Positions 19,627 to 27,812 of a DNA stretch of 64,000 nt are shown piece by piece (the stretch's first letter is position 1; every line of letters begins with the position of its first letter). The position numbers and the translations under genes were made by a program. The notes beneath the pieces were generated by a model. It was given only the letters and a program-made list of their open reading frames with translations, searched no databases and was not told where the DNA came from. Origin of the DNA: a virus; IMG/VR virus record IMGVR_UViG_3300048694_001134, positions 1-64,000 of that record; one strand, given 5' to 3'.

Positions 19627-20118
19627 ATGGTAATCAAATTTAGTTCGAACCATTTTTATTTACCAGTATCACCACTGATACGGCTATTCACATGGTCTCG
19701 CTACTCTCATTGTGAATTCGTGTTTTCCAATGGAGTATCGGTATTTCCAGCAATGGAAGTGGGGGTCGTCGTATCAACAAGAAAAAAATACCCAATAGAA
19801 ACTTTTGTTGAGGTTGACATTACACCGGCGGAAGAACGTATACTTTATCACTGGGCAAAGATGCAACTTGGTGTACCGTATGATTATACGGCGTTAGCAC
19901 CATTTAACGTTCTGATCCCACGGAAGAAAAAAAGTTGGAAAGATTCAACAGCGTGGATGTGTTCAGAATTTTGTGCTTTTGGTTTGGAAAAAATTGGTAT
20001 ACATCTTTTCGACGCCACCAAAAAGAAAATAACACCTGGTGAGCTGTTTAAGAAAATAATCATGCACCCCAAGGCTCGTGTGATCGAAAACACTTCTTCA
20101 TCATTAGTATCAGCTTAA
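19627..20118 (+). CDS. Permuted papain-like (YiiX/YaeF, NlpC/P60 superfamily) peptidase/amidase
   Basis: His-first order YSHCEF ... LGVPYDY ... WMCSEFCA ... ITPGEL. Confidence 0.75.
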   Translation: MVIKFSSNHFYLPVSPLIRLFTWSRYSHCEFVFSNGVSVFPAMEVGVVVSTRKKYPIETFVEVDITPAEERILYHWAKMQLGVPYDYTALAPFNVLIPRKKKSWKDSTAWMCSEFCAFGLEKIGIHLFDATKKKITPGELFKKIIMHPKARVIENTSSSLVSA

Positions 20119-20129
20119 AGAGAAAACAA

Positions 20130-20552
20130 ATGCCACAAAGAACCAACCCTCGGGTACAATTTATATCACGTGAACAGGTTTTTAGATTTGCTGTAAATGC
20201 TTTGCAGCCACTAACTATCCATAATTTTTATTTTGAACGCCAATTAGTTGATGCGTCAAAGCTAAAACCTGTTGGTGGCAAAATTGGTGATATTCTTAAA
20301 ACGGATGAAAACGGATACGTTGAGTTTGATTACTATTATGATTCGGGTCTTGCTGGTGGAGAGACTCCTCTAGAACAAGCACAAGCAGCAGCAAACGCTT
20401 TGGCAGGCGTTAAGGAAGTCATTCTTACGACGCTTGGGACAGCAACGTTACCAGACGATTACGAAACCTTAGCGTTATCATATTTTAGAAGTCATATTCG
20501 TGTCTCGGTATACATACCACCTGTAAGCGAATTTGAAGAAGTCGCTGGTTAA
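20130..20552 (+). CDS. Virion structural protein resembling the middle segment of VrlC/DUF4815-like proteins
   Basis: FISREQVFRFAVNALQPLTIHNFYFE...LKTDENGYVEF resembles the 'RSR.i.F.a.gLkP.T..y.FF...L.TD..G' segment that I recall being internal in these proteins. Confidence 0.5.
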   Translation: MPQRTNPRVQFISREQVFRFAVNALQPLTIHNFYFERQLVDASKLKPVGGKIGDILKTDENGYVEFDYYYDSGLAGGETPLEQAQAAANALAGVKEVILTTLGTATLPDDYETLALSYFRSHIRVSVYIPPVSEFEEVAG

Positions 20553-20567
20553 ATAATAGGAAAACAA

Positions 20568-22598
20568 ATGGCAGGATTCGACTTAGCTCAAACATTTTTT
20601 CTTGATAAAGATGCTGTCCAGGGTGCTGATGTAGCTAGCATTACTGGTGTTGATCTTTACATATATGGTAAACCAGTCGCAGGAAAGACCAAGTCTGGTA
20701 TAGACAAACCTGGTATTTCTATCTTTCTTTGTGGATGCAACGAAGATGGCTCTCCTGATCTAACACTGTTCCATCACACATTCTCAGCACGAGTTGATTA
20801 CGATAACATTATTGCAGATACGGATGGCGGGGATGCAACGTCATTCATATTCAATCAGCCATTGCCAGCACCGACTGATCGCAAATACGCAATTATGATA
20901 AAGTTTGACGGTAGTGATCCAGATTTTAAAATTTGGTATAACAAAGCTGGTGAAAACATTCTTGGTACCACGCAGAAGACTTCTGTATCATCTGGTAAAG
21001 TAGACGGTTCATTGTTCACCATGACTAATGGCAAAAGTCTTACACCGGTCGTAGATGCCGATCTATCATTCCGCGTCAAAGTGGCAAAGCACACATCATT
21101 GTCAATGACTTTCCTAATAAAGAATCGTCCTTACGAGCTGATGGACGTGACGGATAAGGTTGGTATTTTCAAGGGTGGTGAAGACATTTACAAAGTATCA
21201 GCTAATGCAGCAGGTACTGTAAGCATCAACGCTGCTTCATTGTCTCTTATTGGTAACGGAACAAGCTTCTCCACTCTCAACGTCGGAGATGCGTTTGTTA
21301 TTACGGACGGTACAACGGATAACACGGAGGTGCGTGTTGTCACTTCAAGAGCAAATAACACACTACTAACAATCAACGAACAGCCATCGTTTACAAATGC
21401 TGTCGGTAAATATTACAAAACCGCCACAGCAAAAATGTTTTACAGTGATGGTGTCTCGGATAACATGGTTGTAAATGATTCAACATCAAACAGTACTGTG
21501 TACTTTGCAAGCAACGATGTAATCCGTGGTGTTGATTCTCTAGCAGAGGCAAAAATAACTTCTATTATTGATTATCAGCTAAACAGCGTTGTCCCTAACT
21601 TTACAATAAGAACACCTGGAGGCACAACAGCTGTCTCAACGTTAAATTTTGCAAACAATGGTGGTGTAATTGATGCAACGCGACAGGTTGACGCAACACT
21701 AGGTCAGCGTATGTTTGTTAATCAGTATGACGCTGTTATGCTTTCAGAAACAAATAGAGTGCTTGCGGGTAAATCAAATCCGTTTGCGGGAACACTGACA
21801 TTTACTACAAACAACCCCTTTGTTTCTCCTTATGTGAGAGAAGAAAACCTTGACTTGTTCGTCGAGCGTTATAGTATAAACAACATATCAACTAACGAAC
21901 ATAAGGGATCGGGTCTATCGCAGGCTCGTTATATAACCAAGCCCATCGACTTGGCTGATCAAGTATCAGAAGATATGAAGTTGTACATCCGTGGTTATAG
22001 ACCAGCAGGAACAACAATAGAAGCATATGCGCGCTTCCACAATAGCGAAGATCCGGAAAGTATTGATTTGAAAGACTGGACACAGCTTTCCTTTGCCGGC
22101 ACAGACGTTCCGTACAGTAGCCCTTCAAACATTTACGACTTTAAGGAGTTGCCGTTTGAGATGCCTCTTTATGGCTCAGGCACAGCAGCAACTGGTACAT
22201 TCACCGTATCTTCTGCATGTACCGTTATTACGGGAACGAGCGGTACAGTCAATACCGACATAGCCGTCGGATCGACGGTGCGTGTATACTCGTCAACATT
22301 TACAAACAACTATTTCGTTGATACGGTTGTTGCTTCAAACTCGACCACAATTACGGTTGCAACTGGCCCAGGATCAAACGCAAGCGTGTTGGGTAGTGGA
22401 TTTAAGATTGATGTTGTATCTCGTCCGCAAAGTGCCTTCCTCGATGTACAATCGGGTAATGTATTGACATACTTTAACAAAGCTGGAGCTATCTTTAGAG
22501 GCTATGACAAATTCACTGTCAAATTAGTTCTTCTATCAGAAGATGGTATTAGAATACCGTACGTCGATGATGTGCGTGCAATTGCGGTATCAGCATGA
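20568..22598 (+). CDS. Virion structural protein resembling the C-terminal segment of VrlC/DUF4815-like proteins
   Basis: LAQTFF...ITGVDLY, GSLF...NG, ARYITKPI.L, RPAGTTIEAY and F.VKLVLLS...P.V.DVRAIAVS. Confidence 0.6.
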   Translation: MAGFDLAQTFFLDKDAVQGADVASITGVDLYIYGKPVAGKTKSGIDKPGISIFLCGCNEDGSPDLTLFHHTFSARVDYDNIIADTDGGDATSFIFNQPLPAPTDRKYAIMIKFDGSDPDFKIWYNKAGENILGTTQKTSVSSGKVDGSLFTMTNGKSLTPVVDADLSFRVKVAKHTSLSMTFLIKNRPYELMDVTDKVGIFKGGEDIYKVSANAAGTVSINAASLSLIGNGTSFSTLNVGDAFVITDGTTDNTEVRVVTSRANNTLLTINEQPSFTNAVGKYYKTATAKMFYSDGVSDNMVVNDSTSNSTVYFASNDVIRGVDSLAEAKITSIIDYQLNSVVPNFTIRTPGGTTAVSTLNFANNGGVIDATRQVDATLGQRMFVNQYDAVMLSETNRVLAGKSNPFAGTLTFTTNNPFVSPYVREENLDLFVERYSINNISTNEHKGSGLSQARYITKPIDLADQVSEDMKLYIRGYRPAGTTIEAYARFHNSEDPESIDLKDWTQLSFAGTDVPYSSPSNIYDFKELPFEMPLYGSGTAATGTFTVSSACTVITGTSGTVNTDIAVGSTVRVYSSTFTNNYFVDTVVASNSTTITVATGPGSNASVLGSGFKIDVVSRPQSAFLDVQSGNVLTYFNKAGAIFRGYDKFTVKLVLLSEDGIRIPYVDDVRAIAVSA

Positions 22599-22819
22599 CA
22601 GATAAGTTTTTAAAAACACAAGATAGCAGGTTTGTACGAGATCGTAGGTCTACGGCCATTCTAAATATAGACAAACAAGGGTACGCACACTACCTCAAAG
22701 AACGAGAAAAGCATTTGCAACTTTACAAGGCAGTTGATCAGGTTCAGAGCCTGCAGCAGGAGATGAGTGATATAAAACAGATGCTACAACAATTATTGAA
22801 CGGGAAGACAAATGGCTAA
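22595..22819 (+). CDS. Small conserved protein with a C-terminal coiled coil
   Basis: FVRD..S.AILN.D...Y..Y followed by a heptad repeat; translationally coupled on both sides. Confidence 0.65.
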   Translation: MTDKFLKTQDSRFVRDRRSTAILNIDKQGYAHYLKEREKHLQLYKAVDQVQSLQQEMSDIKQMLQQLLNGKTNG

Positions 22820-24686
22820 AGCAATAGCAAACGTTGTTATCGCATCAGATTCCTTTGCGACGTGGATTGGTATAACCAATCAGATGGCTGATACGTTTAC
22901 TAATCAAGCATTGACAGCAAACAGCGCCGCAGCGGGCGCTACCGTCACTGGCAACTCACAGTTGGTTGGTATTTTTGCAGCTAATACAATTGGTATAGGA
23001 ACAGCTCTCCGTGGTGGTAACGTTGCAACGTCAGCGAACCTTACCATTACATCTAACGCAAGCTTCACTGGCGCTAATCTACACAGCTCCGCAAACGTGT
23101 TTTTGAACGCGGCTAATGTTGATGTCAACACAACAATAACCACGCTGCGCGGTGGTAGTGTTACTGTTACGTCTAATGCATATACAAACGCAGCTAACGT
23201 TTTTGTTAATGCGGCAGCGATGACTATTCAAGGCGGACAAGCGACTGTCTCCTCAAACGTTGATATTAATAACGCAAACACGACTATCCGTGGCGGTCAA
23301 GCGTCAATTACGTCAAACACCTATATTCAGGCTGCTAACGTTTATGTGAACGCAGCTTCTACTATTGCCCTAGGTAACACAACCTTAAAAGGCAACACGT
23401 CTGTTAACAACATAGTTCTGACAGGTAACGCAACGTCGACAAACGTTGACTTGAATGTGTCCCAATTGACTATTAATGCTGTGTCTATTGCCACCGGTAA
23501 CACAACGTTGAAAGGCAACACGTCATCAAGTTCAGTCGTATTGACAGGCAACGCAACGTCAACAAATCTTGATGTCGCTGTCTCTCAGTTAACCGTGGGT
23601 GCAGTTTCTGTATTCACAGGTAATACAACAATCAAAGCAAATAGTACCGTAACAGTTGCAACAATTGTTGGCAATTCAACGGCAACAAACGTTGCTGTTA
23701 CCGCAACAGGTTTCAACATCAACGCAGTCACAATTGCAACGGGTAACACGACAATTAAAGCAAACAGTTCTCTCTCAAGCGTAGTGTTAACCGCTAATGC
23801 AACGGTGAGTAACTTGAATATTAGTGTTGATACACTATCCGTGACGGGTATTGTCTCTCTAGCAAATACACTCGGCGTTGCTGGTGCCGGCACTGTTAAC
23901 GGAGCCTTCACTGTTAACAATACAGCAGCTGTTGGCAATACATCAATTACCGGTTTTGCGAATGTTAGCACAACACTTAACGTCGTTGGTAACGCAACGG
24001 TCAATGGTGCGCTGACAGTCAATAATACAGCATCAGTTGGTAATACGACAATTACAGGATTTGCAAACGTCAGCTCGACATTGAACGTTACCGCAAACGC
24101 AACAGTTAACGGTGCGTTTTTAGTCAACAACGTAGCTGCTGCTGGTAATACTTCTATTACGGGGTTCATCAACGTTTCTTCAACAGCAAATATTGGTGGT
24201 GTGCTATCAGCGCGCGCTAACGTTGTTGCTAATGGCCAGTTGATTGTATCTAATGCAGTGTCGGTTGGTAACACAACAATTACAGGTTTCCTCAATGTTT
24301 CAAGTACAACAGCGTTAGGCGGTGATGTAACAATTCAGACGGAAATTGTACAAACCGTTGTTACTAATACAAACATTGGTAACGCCAATGCTGCCGGTTC
24401 ATTTACACCTGTTGAGATCTTTAGCTTCCCTATTGGTACGTATCATGGTGCAAAGATTCTTTCACGTACAACAACAAGAACTGGTGCCAATACACAAGTT
24501 CAAGAGCTTGTAATTGCGCAGAATGAGACAGACGTTACTCTTACATCCTATGCCGTTGTTGCTGCTCCTGAAGGTGCTAACGTTGGTGTGTATTCAGCAA
24601 CAATAAATAGCTCAGCTGTTTCAGTTAAATTCCAACAAACAAGCGCTAACACTAGTGCCAAGTTGTTTGTGCAGTACATAAAATAA
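22812..24686 (+). CDS. Fibre-like beta-repeat virion protein (Asn/Thr/Val/Ala-rich)
   Basis: Repeats GNTT(L/I)K(G/A)N and VGNT(S/T)ITGFANVS; C-terminal Y.GAK......Q.QEL.I...T.Y domain of the kind seen at T4-like fibre ends. Confidence 0.7.
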   Translation: MAKAIANVVIASDSFATWIGITNQMADTFTNQALTANSAAAGATVTGNSQLVGIFAANTIGIGTALRGGNVATSANLTITSNASFTGANLHSSANVFLNAANVDVNTTITTLRGGSVTVTSNAYTNAANVFVNAAAMTIQGGQATVSSNVDINNANTTIRGGQASITSNTYIQAANVYVNAASTIALGNTTLKGNTSVNNIVLTGNATSTNVDLNVSQLTINAVSIATGNTTLKGNTSSSSVVLTGNATSTNLDVAVSQLTVGAVSVFTGNTTIKANSTVTVATIVGNSTATNVAVTATGFNINAVTIATGNTTIKANSSLSSVVLTANATVSNLNISVDTLSVTGIVSLANTLGVAGAGTVNGAFTVNNTAAVGNTSITGFANVSTTLNVVGNATVNGALTVNNTASVGNTTITGFANVSSTLNVTANATVNGAFLVNNVAAAGNTSITGFINVSSTANIGGVLSARANVVANGQLIVSNAVSVGNTTITGFLNVSSTTALGGDVTIQTEIVQTVVTNTNIGNANAAGSFTPVEIFSFPIGTYHGAKILSRTTTRTGANTQVQELVIAQNETDVTLTSYAVVAAPEGANVGVYSATINSSAVSVKFQQTSANTSAKLFVQYIK

Positions 24687-24697
24687 TAAGGTAAGTA

Positions 24698-25906
24698 ATG
24701 GCTGCTAGTAATACAAAATTCAAAGTCGATAACGGATTAGAGGTTGTTGGTACAGCCAACGTTAGCGGCAACTTCAGAGTTGAAGGTGACTTTGCGGTTG
24801 GGGGTAACCTCGCTTTTAGTGGTACGAGCTCGGCCGACTATAAACCTACGACTGACGATACGTATGCCCTAGGTAACACATCAACCCGCTGGATTGTATA
24901 TTCTTCAAAAGGGTTTTTTGGTAATGTAACGTCGACTGGTATTGCACAGCTTACAAACGCAACGGCAGATGTAATAATTCCAACGTCGAATGCTGCAGCA
25001 CAGTTTGGTTCTGCTACACGTCTATGGCAAGTGACAGCAAACACTGTTACAGCTGTAACAACAGCAGTATCTAATACGGAAAGTATTGTTGGAACATCGG
25101 CAACATTCAATGCCTTGTCTGGTGTTTCTTCAGCAATAGACTTTATTACAACTATTGCAGCACATGGATTTTCTAATGGCGAACTCGTTCAATACCTTGT
25201 AGCTGCTGGCAATACAGCTTTGAGTGGACTGACAAATGCGTCCTTCTATTATGTCATTTCTGCTAACACGACTGGCTTCCAGCTATCAACAACGTTCGGT
25301 GGGTCAAACGTAAACATAACAGCCGGCTCGACAAGCGAGACAGGCCACACGCTTGTCCCAGTGAGAATCGTACTTTCAAGCAACGGTTCCCTATTTGCAC
25401 CAGCCGGCGTTGCAAACGTGGGTACACTCCGTGTACTTAATAATGCTGTCGTTAATGGTACACTGACAATCGCTAATGCATCAAGTTTTTCTGGCAACGT
25501 CGCTGTGGCCGTAGATGCGTTGTTCGTTGATACGGTTAATAAAGTTGTTGGTATCAAGAACAATTCACCATCCTCAACGGATGCTGTCACGATAACAGGT
25601 AACGTCTTTTTCACTGCAGCAAACACTGGACTCAGACTGCGCAGTACAGCAAACACCTCACAAAACGCATCAATTGCGTTTATGACGAGTAATACATCCA
25701 ACAGTCGTCTAACGTTTACGACGTACGATAATTCAAACTCTTCTGTCAAGGATGGTGGCTTTGCATTCAACTTACAACAGAATGCTAGTTCGACTACGAC
25801 GGGATTGACGATTGACATGACAAACGTTCAATATAAGGGTGGTAATGTCGTGCACGCAGGAAACTTTGGCATTTATAATGTCAGCGGCACACGTGTAGGA
25901 CCATGA
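24698..25906 (+). CDS. Fibre / virion structural protein with an FCCH-like beta module
   Basis: FKVDNGL start, P..DDTY.LG....RW motif, AHGFSNGELVQY module. Confidence 0.65.
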   Translation: MAASNTKFKVDNGLEVVGTANVSGNFRVEGDFAVGGNLAFSGTSSADYKPTTDDTYALGNTSTRWIVYSSKGFFGNVTSTGIAQLTNATADVIIPTSNAAAQFGSATRLWQVTANTVTAVTTAVSNTESIVGTSATFNALSGVSSAIDFITTIAAHGFSNGELVQYLVAAGNTALSGLTNASFYYVISANTTGFQLSTTFGGSNVNITAGSTSETGHTLVPVRIVLSSNGSLFAPAGVANVGTLRVLNNAVVNGTLTIANASSFSGNVAVAVDALFVDTVNKVVGIKNNSPSSTDAVTITGNVFFTAANTGLRLRSTANTSQNASIAFMTSNTSNSRLTFTTYDNSNSSVKDGGFAFNLQQNASSTTTGLTIDMTNVQYKGGNVVHAGNFGIYNVSGTRVGP

Positions 25907-25907
25907 A

Positions 25908-27797
25908 ATGGGAAGACCTCTTAGAGCGAAATATAGCGGTGCAGTCGCTATTGGGGTTCAGGAGATGTCGGATGCAGAGATTGCAGACATCATTCTTCCT
26001 AAGCTAGTCAACTATGCAGTAGCTAATCCGGACTCTGTTTATGGGTCAAAATTAAGAATCAATGGTGCTGGCGCCTATGATGTTAATCGTGGCACGTTCA
26101 CTGACTATCGCACGTCAAGTTATGGCGGCGCTCATCCAATTACGGTTGATCTTATCAACACGTACAACTTTACTCAGAATGAACGTGCACTAACTCCTTC
26201 CCTCTCAGCACGTCCTGTTCATTATATCCAAAACGGTAATGAACAGCAAGTTGTTGAGATGTCTAATTCAGACATTTACGATTACCTTCTTCCTACCATT
26301 ATCGATACAATGGCGTATCGTTACTGGCTCCTTGACAACATCTATACGCCATCAGGATTGTCATTTCCAGGTACATGGGTTAGTGTTGGAACTTTTGCAG
26401 ATACGTATTGGTCCTCAACGTCATTGATAACAGTCAACTACACGCTATGGCAACGAACAGATACGTTGTCAGTGGGCACGACATACAGACCTCTCAAACA
26501 AACAATTGTGAGTGGTGAATCTCGGCTCGTAGAAATGACGGATCTTGAGATAGAATCAATGTATGTGTGCATTGGCGAATCAATTCGTACAAAGGGGATA
26601 GGTCAATACTCATTTAGTACATCTGCGCCTGGTACTGGTACATGGACATCGGTAGGATCGGCTATTGACCGTTTGAATATAAATTACGATGTAAACTACA
26701 CAGGATCGTATGCAGGCACTTACGTTGGTAGTTACACGGGGATCTACGCTGGTACGTATCAAAGCACGTTTACCGGCCAATATGGTAACACCTTTACTGC
26801 GCTGTACACTGGTATCTACAACCTACTGACACCGTTCACTGGCGGATATGCAGGAACGTATCAGCAAGCATTTACAGGAGCATTCTCTGGATCGTACACC
26901 GGCGCGTTCAGTGGTTTGTACAATTCTTCATTCAGCGCTGCGTATCAAGGTACATACACGGGTGGATATGCAAACAGCTACACGGGCGCATACAGTGGTA
27001 ACTACATTATATACTTTACGGGAATATATGCAGGCACATACACTGGTCTGTTTAACCGTACAAGTTACACGGGCGCTTACACAAGCGTGTATAGACGCAC
27101 ATTTGGTGGTCGAGAAGAAAACTGGTATGCGTCAAGCTACGCTGGAGCGTATAACAGCTTTGCCCTGACATATATTGGTTATTTCACTGGTTCATTCAGA
27201 CGTACATATGGTAGTAATGAGCAGGGTTATTATTCACAAGCGTTTGTTGGAGCATACGGTCCAGGCGGCACTGTCAGCTATATCGGTTATTATGTTGGCT
27301 CGTTTAGACGCACATATGGTAGCAGTGAGCAAGGTTATTATTCGCAAGCGTTTGTTGGAACATACCGCGGTGTATCGAAATCTTGGACAGGTAATTATGC
27401 AGGTGGGTACACGACAGGATACTACACGGGCGTCTATAGTCAGGCTTGGACAGCTGTTTGGTCCGGAGCATATACACGAGTAGTTAATCAAACATTCACC
27501 TCTACGTACAGCGGCGCGTATAGTAAAGCATTCGTAGGATCTTACGCTCAATCATTTACCGGTGCTTTCACCGGGATATATACAGGAGCATATTCTTCAT
27601 TAGTACCATACACGGGAGCTTATAACAGAGTCTACAGTGGCGGGTTCACAGGCGCTTATACAAGTGCATACTCGGGAGCATACACGGGCGTATATACGCG
27701 GGCGTGGACCGGAACGTATACAGGAGTTTACACAGGCCTCACTGCACAAAACACGCTGCAGACAATGACAAAGAGCTTGTACGTTCGTACAGCTTAA
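25908..27797 (+). CDS. Tyr/Gly tetrapeptide-repeat virion protein, short paralogue
   Basis: 629 aa ORF; N-terminal repeated RP..../EMSD/GTW/LWQR modules, then about 350 aa of [YFW]-x-G-x repeats. Confidence 0.8.
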   Translation: MGRPLRAKYSGAVAIGVQEMSDAEIADIILPKLVNYAVANPDSVYGSKLRINGAGAYDVNRGTFTDYRTSSYGGAHPITVDLINTYNFTQNERALTPSLSARPVHYIQNGNEQQVVEMSNSDIYDYLLPTIIDTMAYRYWLLDNIYTPSGLSFPGTWVSVGTFADTYWSSTSLITVNYTLWQRTDTLSVGTTYRPLKQTIVSGESRLVEMTDLEIESMYVCIGESIRTKGIGQYSFSTSAPGTGTWTSVGSAIDRLNINYDVNYTGSYAGTYVGSYTGIYAGTYQSTFTGQYGNTFTALYTGIYNLLTPFTGGYAGTYQQAFTGAFSGSYTGAFSGLYNSSFSAAYQGTYTGGYANSYTGAYSGNYIIYFTGIYAGTYTGLFNRTSYTGAYTSVYRRTFGGREENWYASSYAGAYNSFALTYIGYFTGSFRRTYGSNEQGYYSQAFVGAYGPGGTVSYIGYYVGSFRRTYGSSEQGYYSQAFVGTYRGVSKSWTGNYAGGYTTGYYTGVYSQAWTAVWSGAYTRVVNQTFTSTYSGAYSKAFVGSYAQSFTGAFTGIYTGAYSSLVPYTGAYNRVYSGGFTGAYTSAYSGAYTGVYTRAWTGTYTGVYTGLTAQNTLQTMTKSLYVRTA

Positions 27798-27812
27798 CTA
27801 TTTTTTGTTTCT

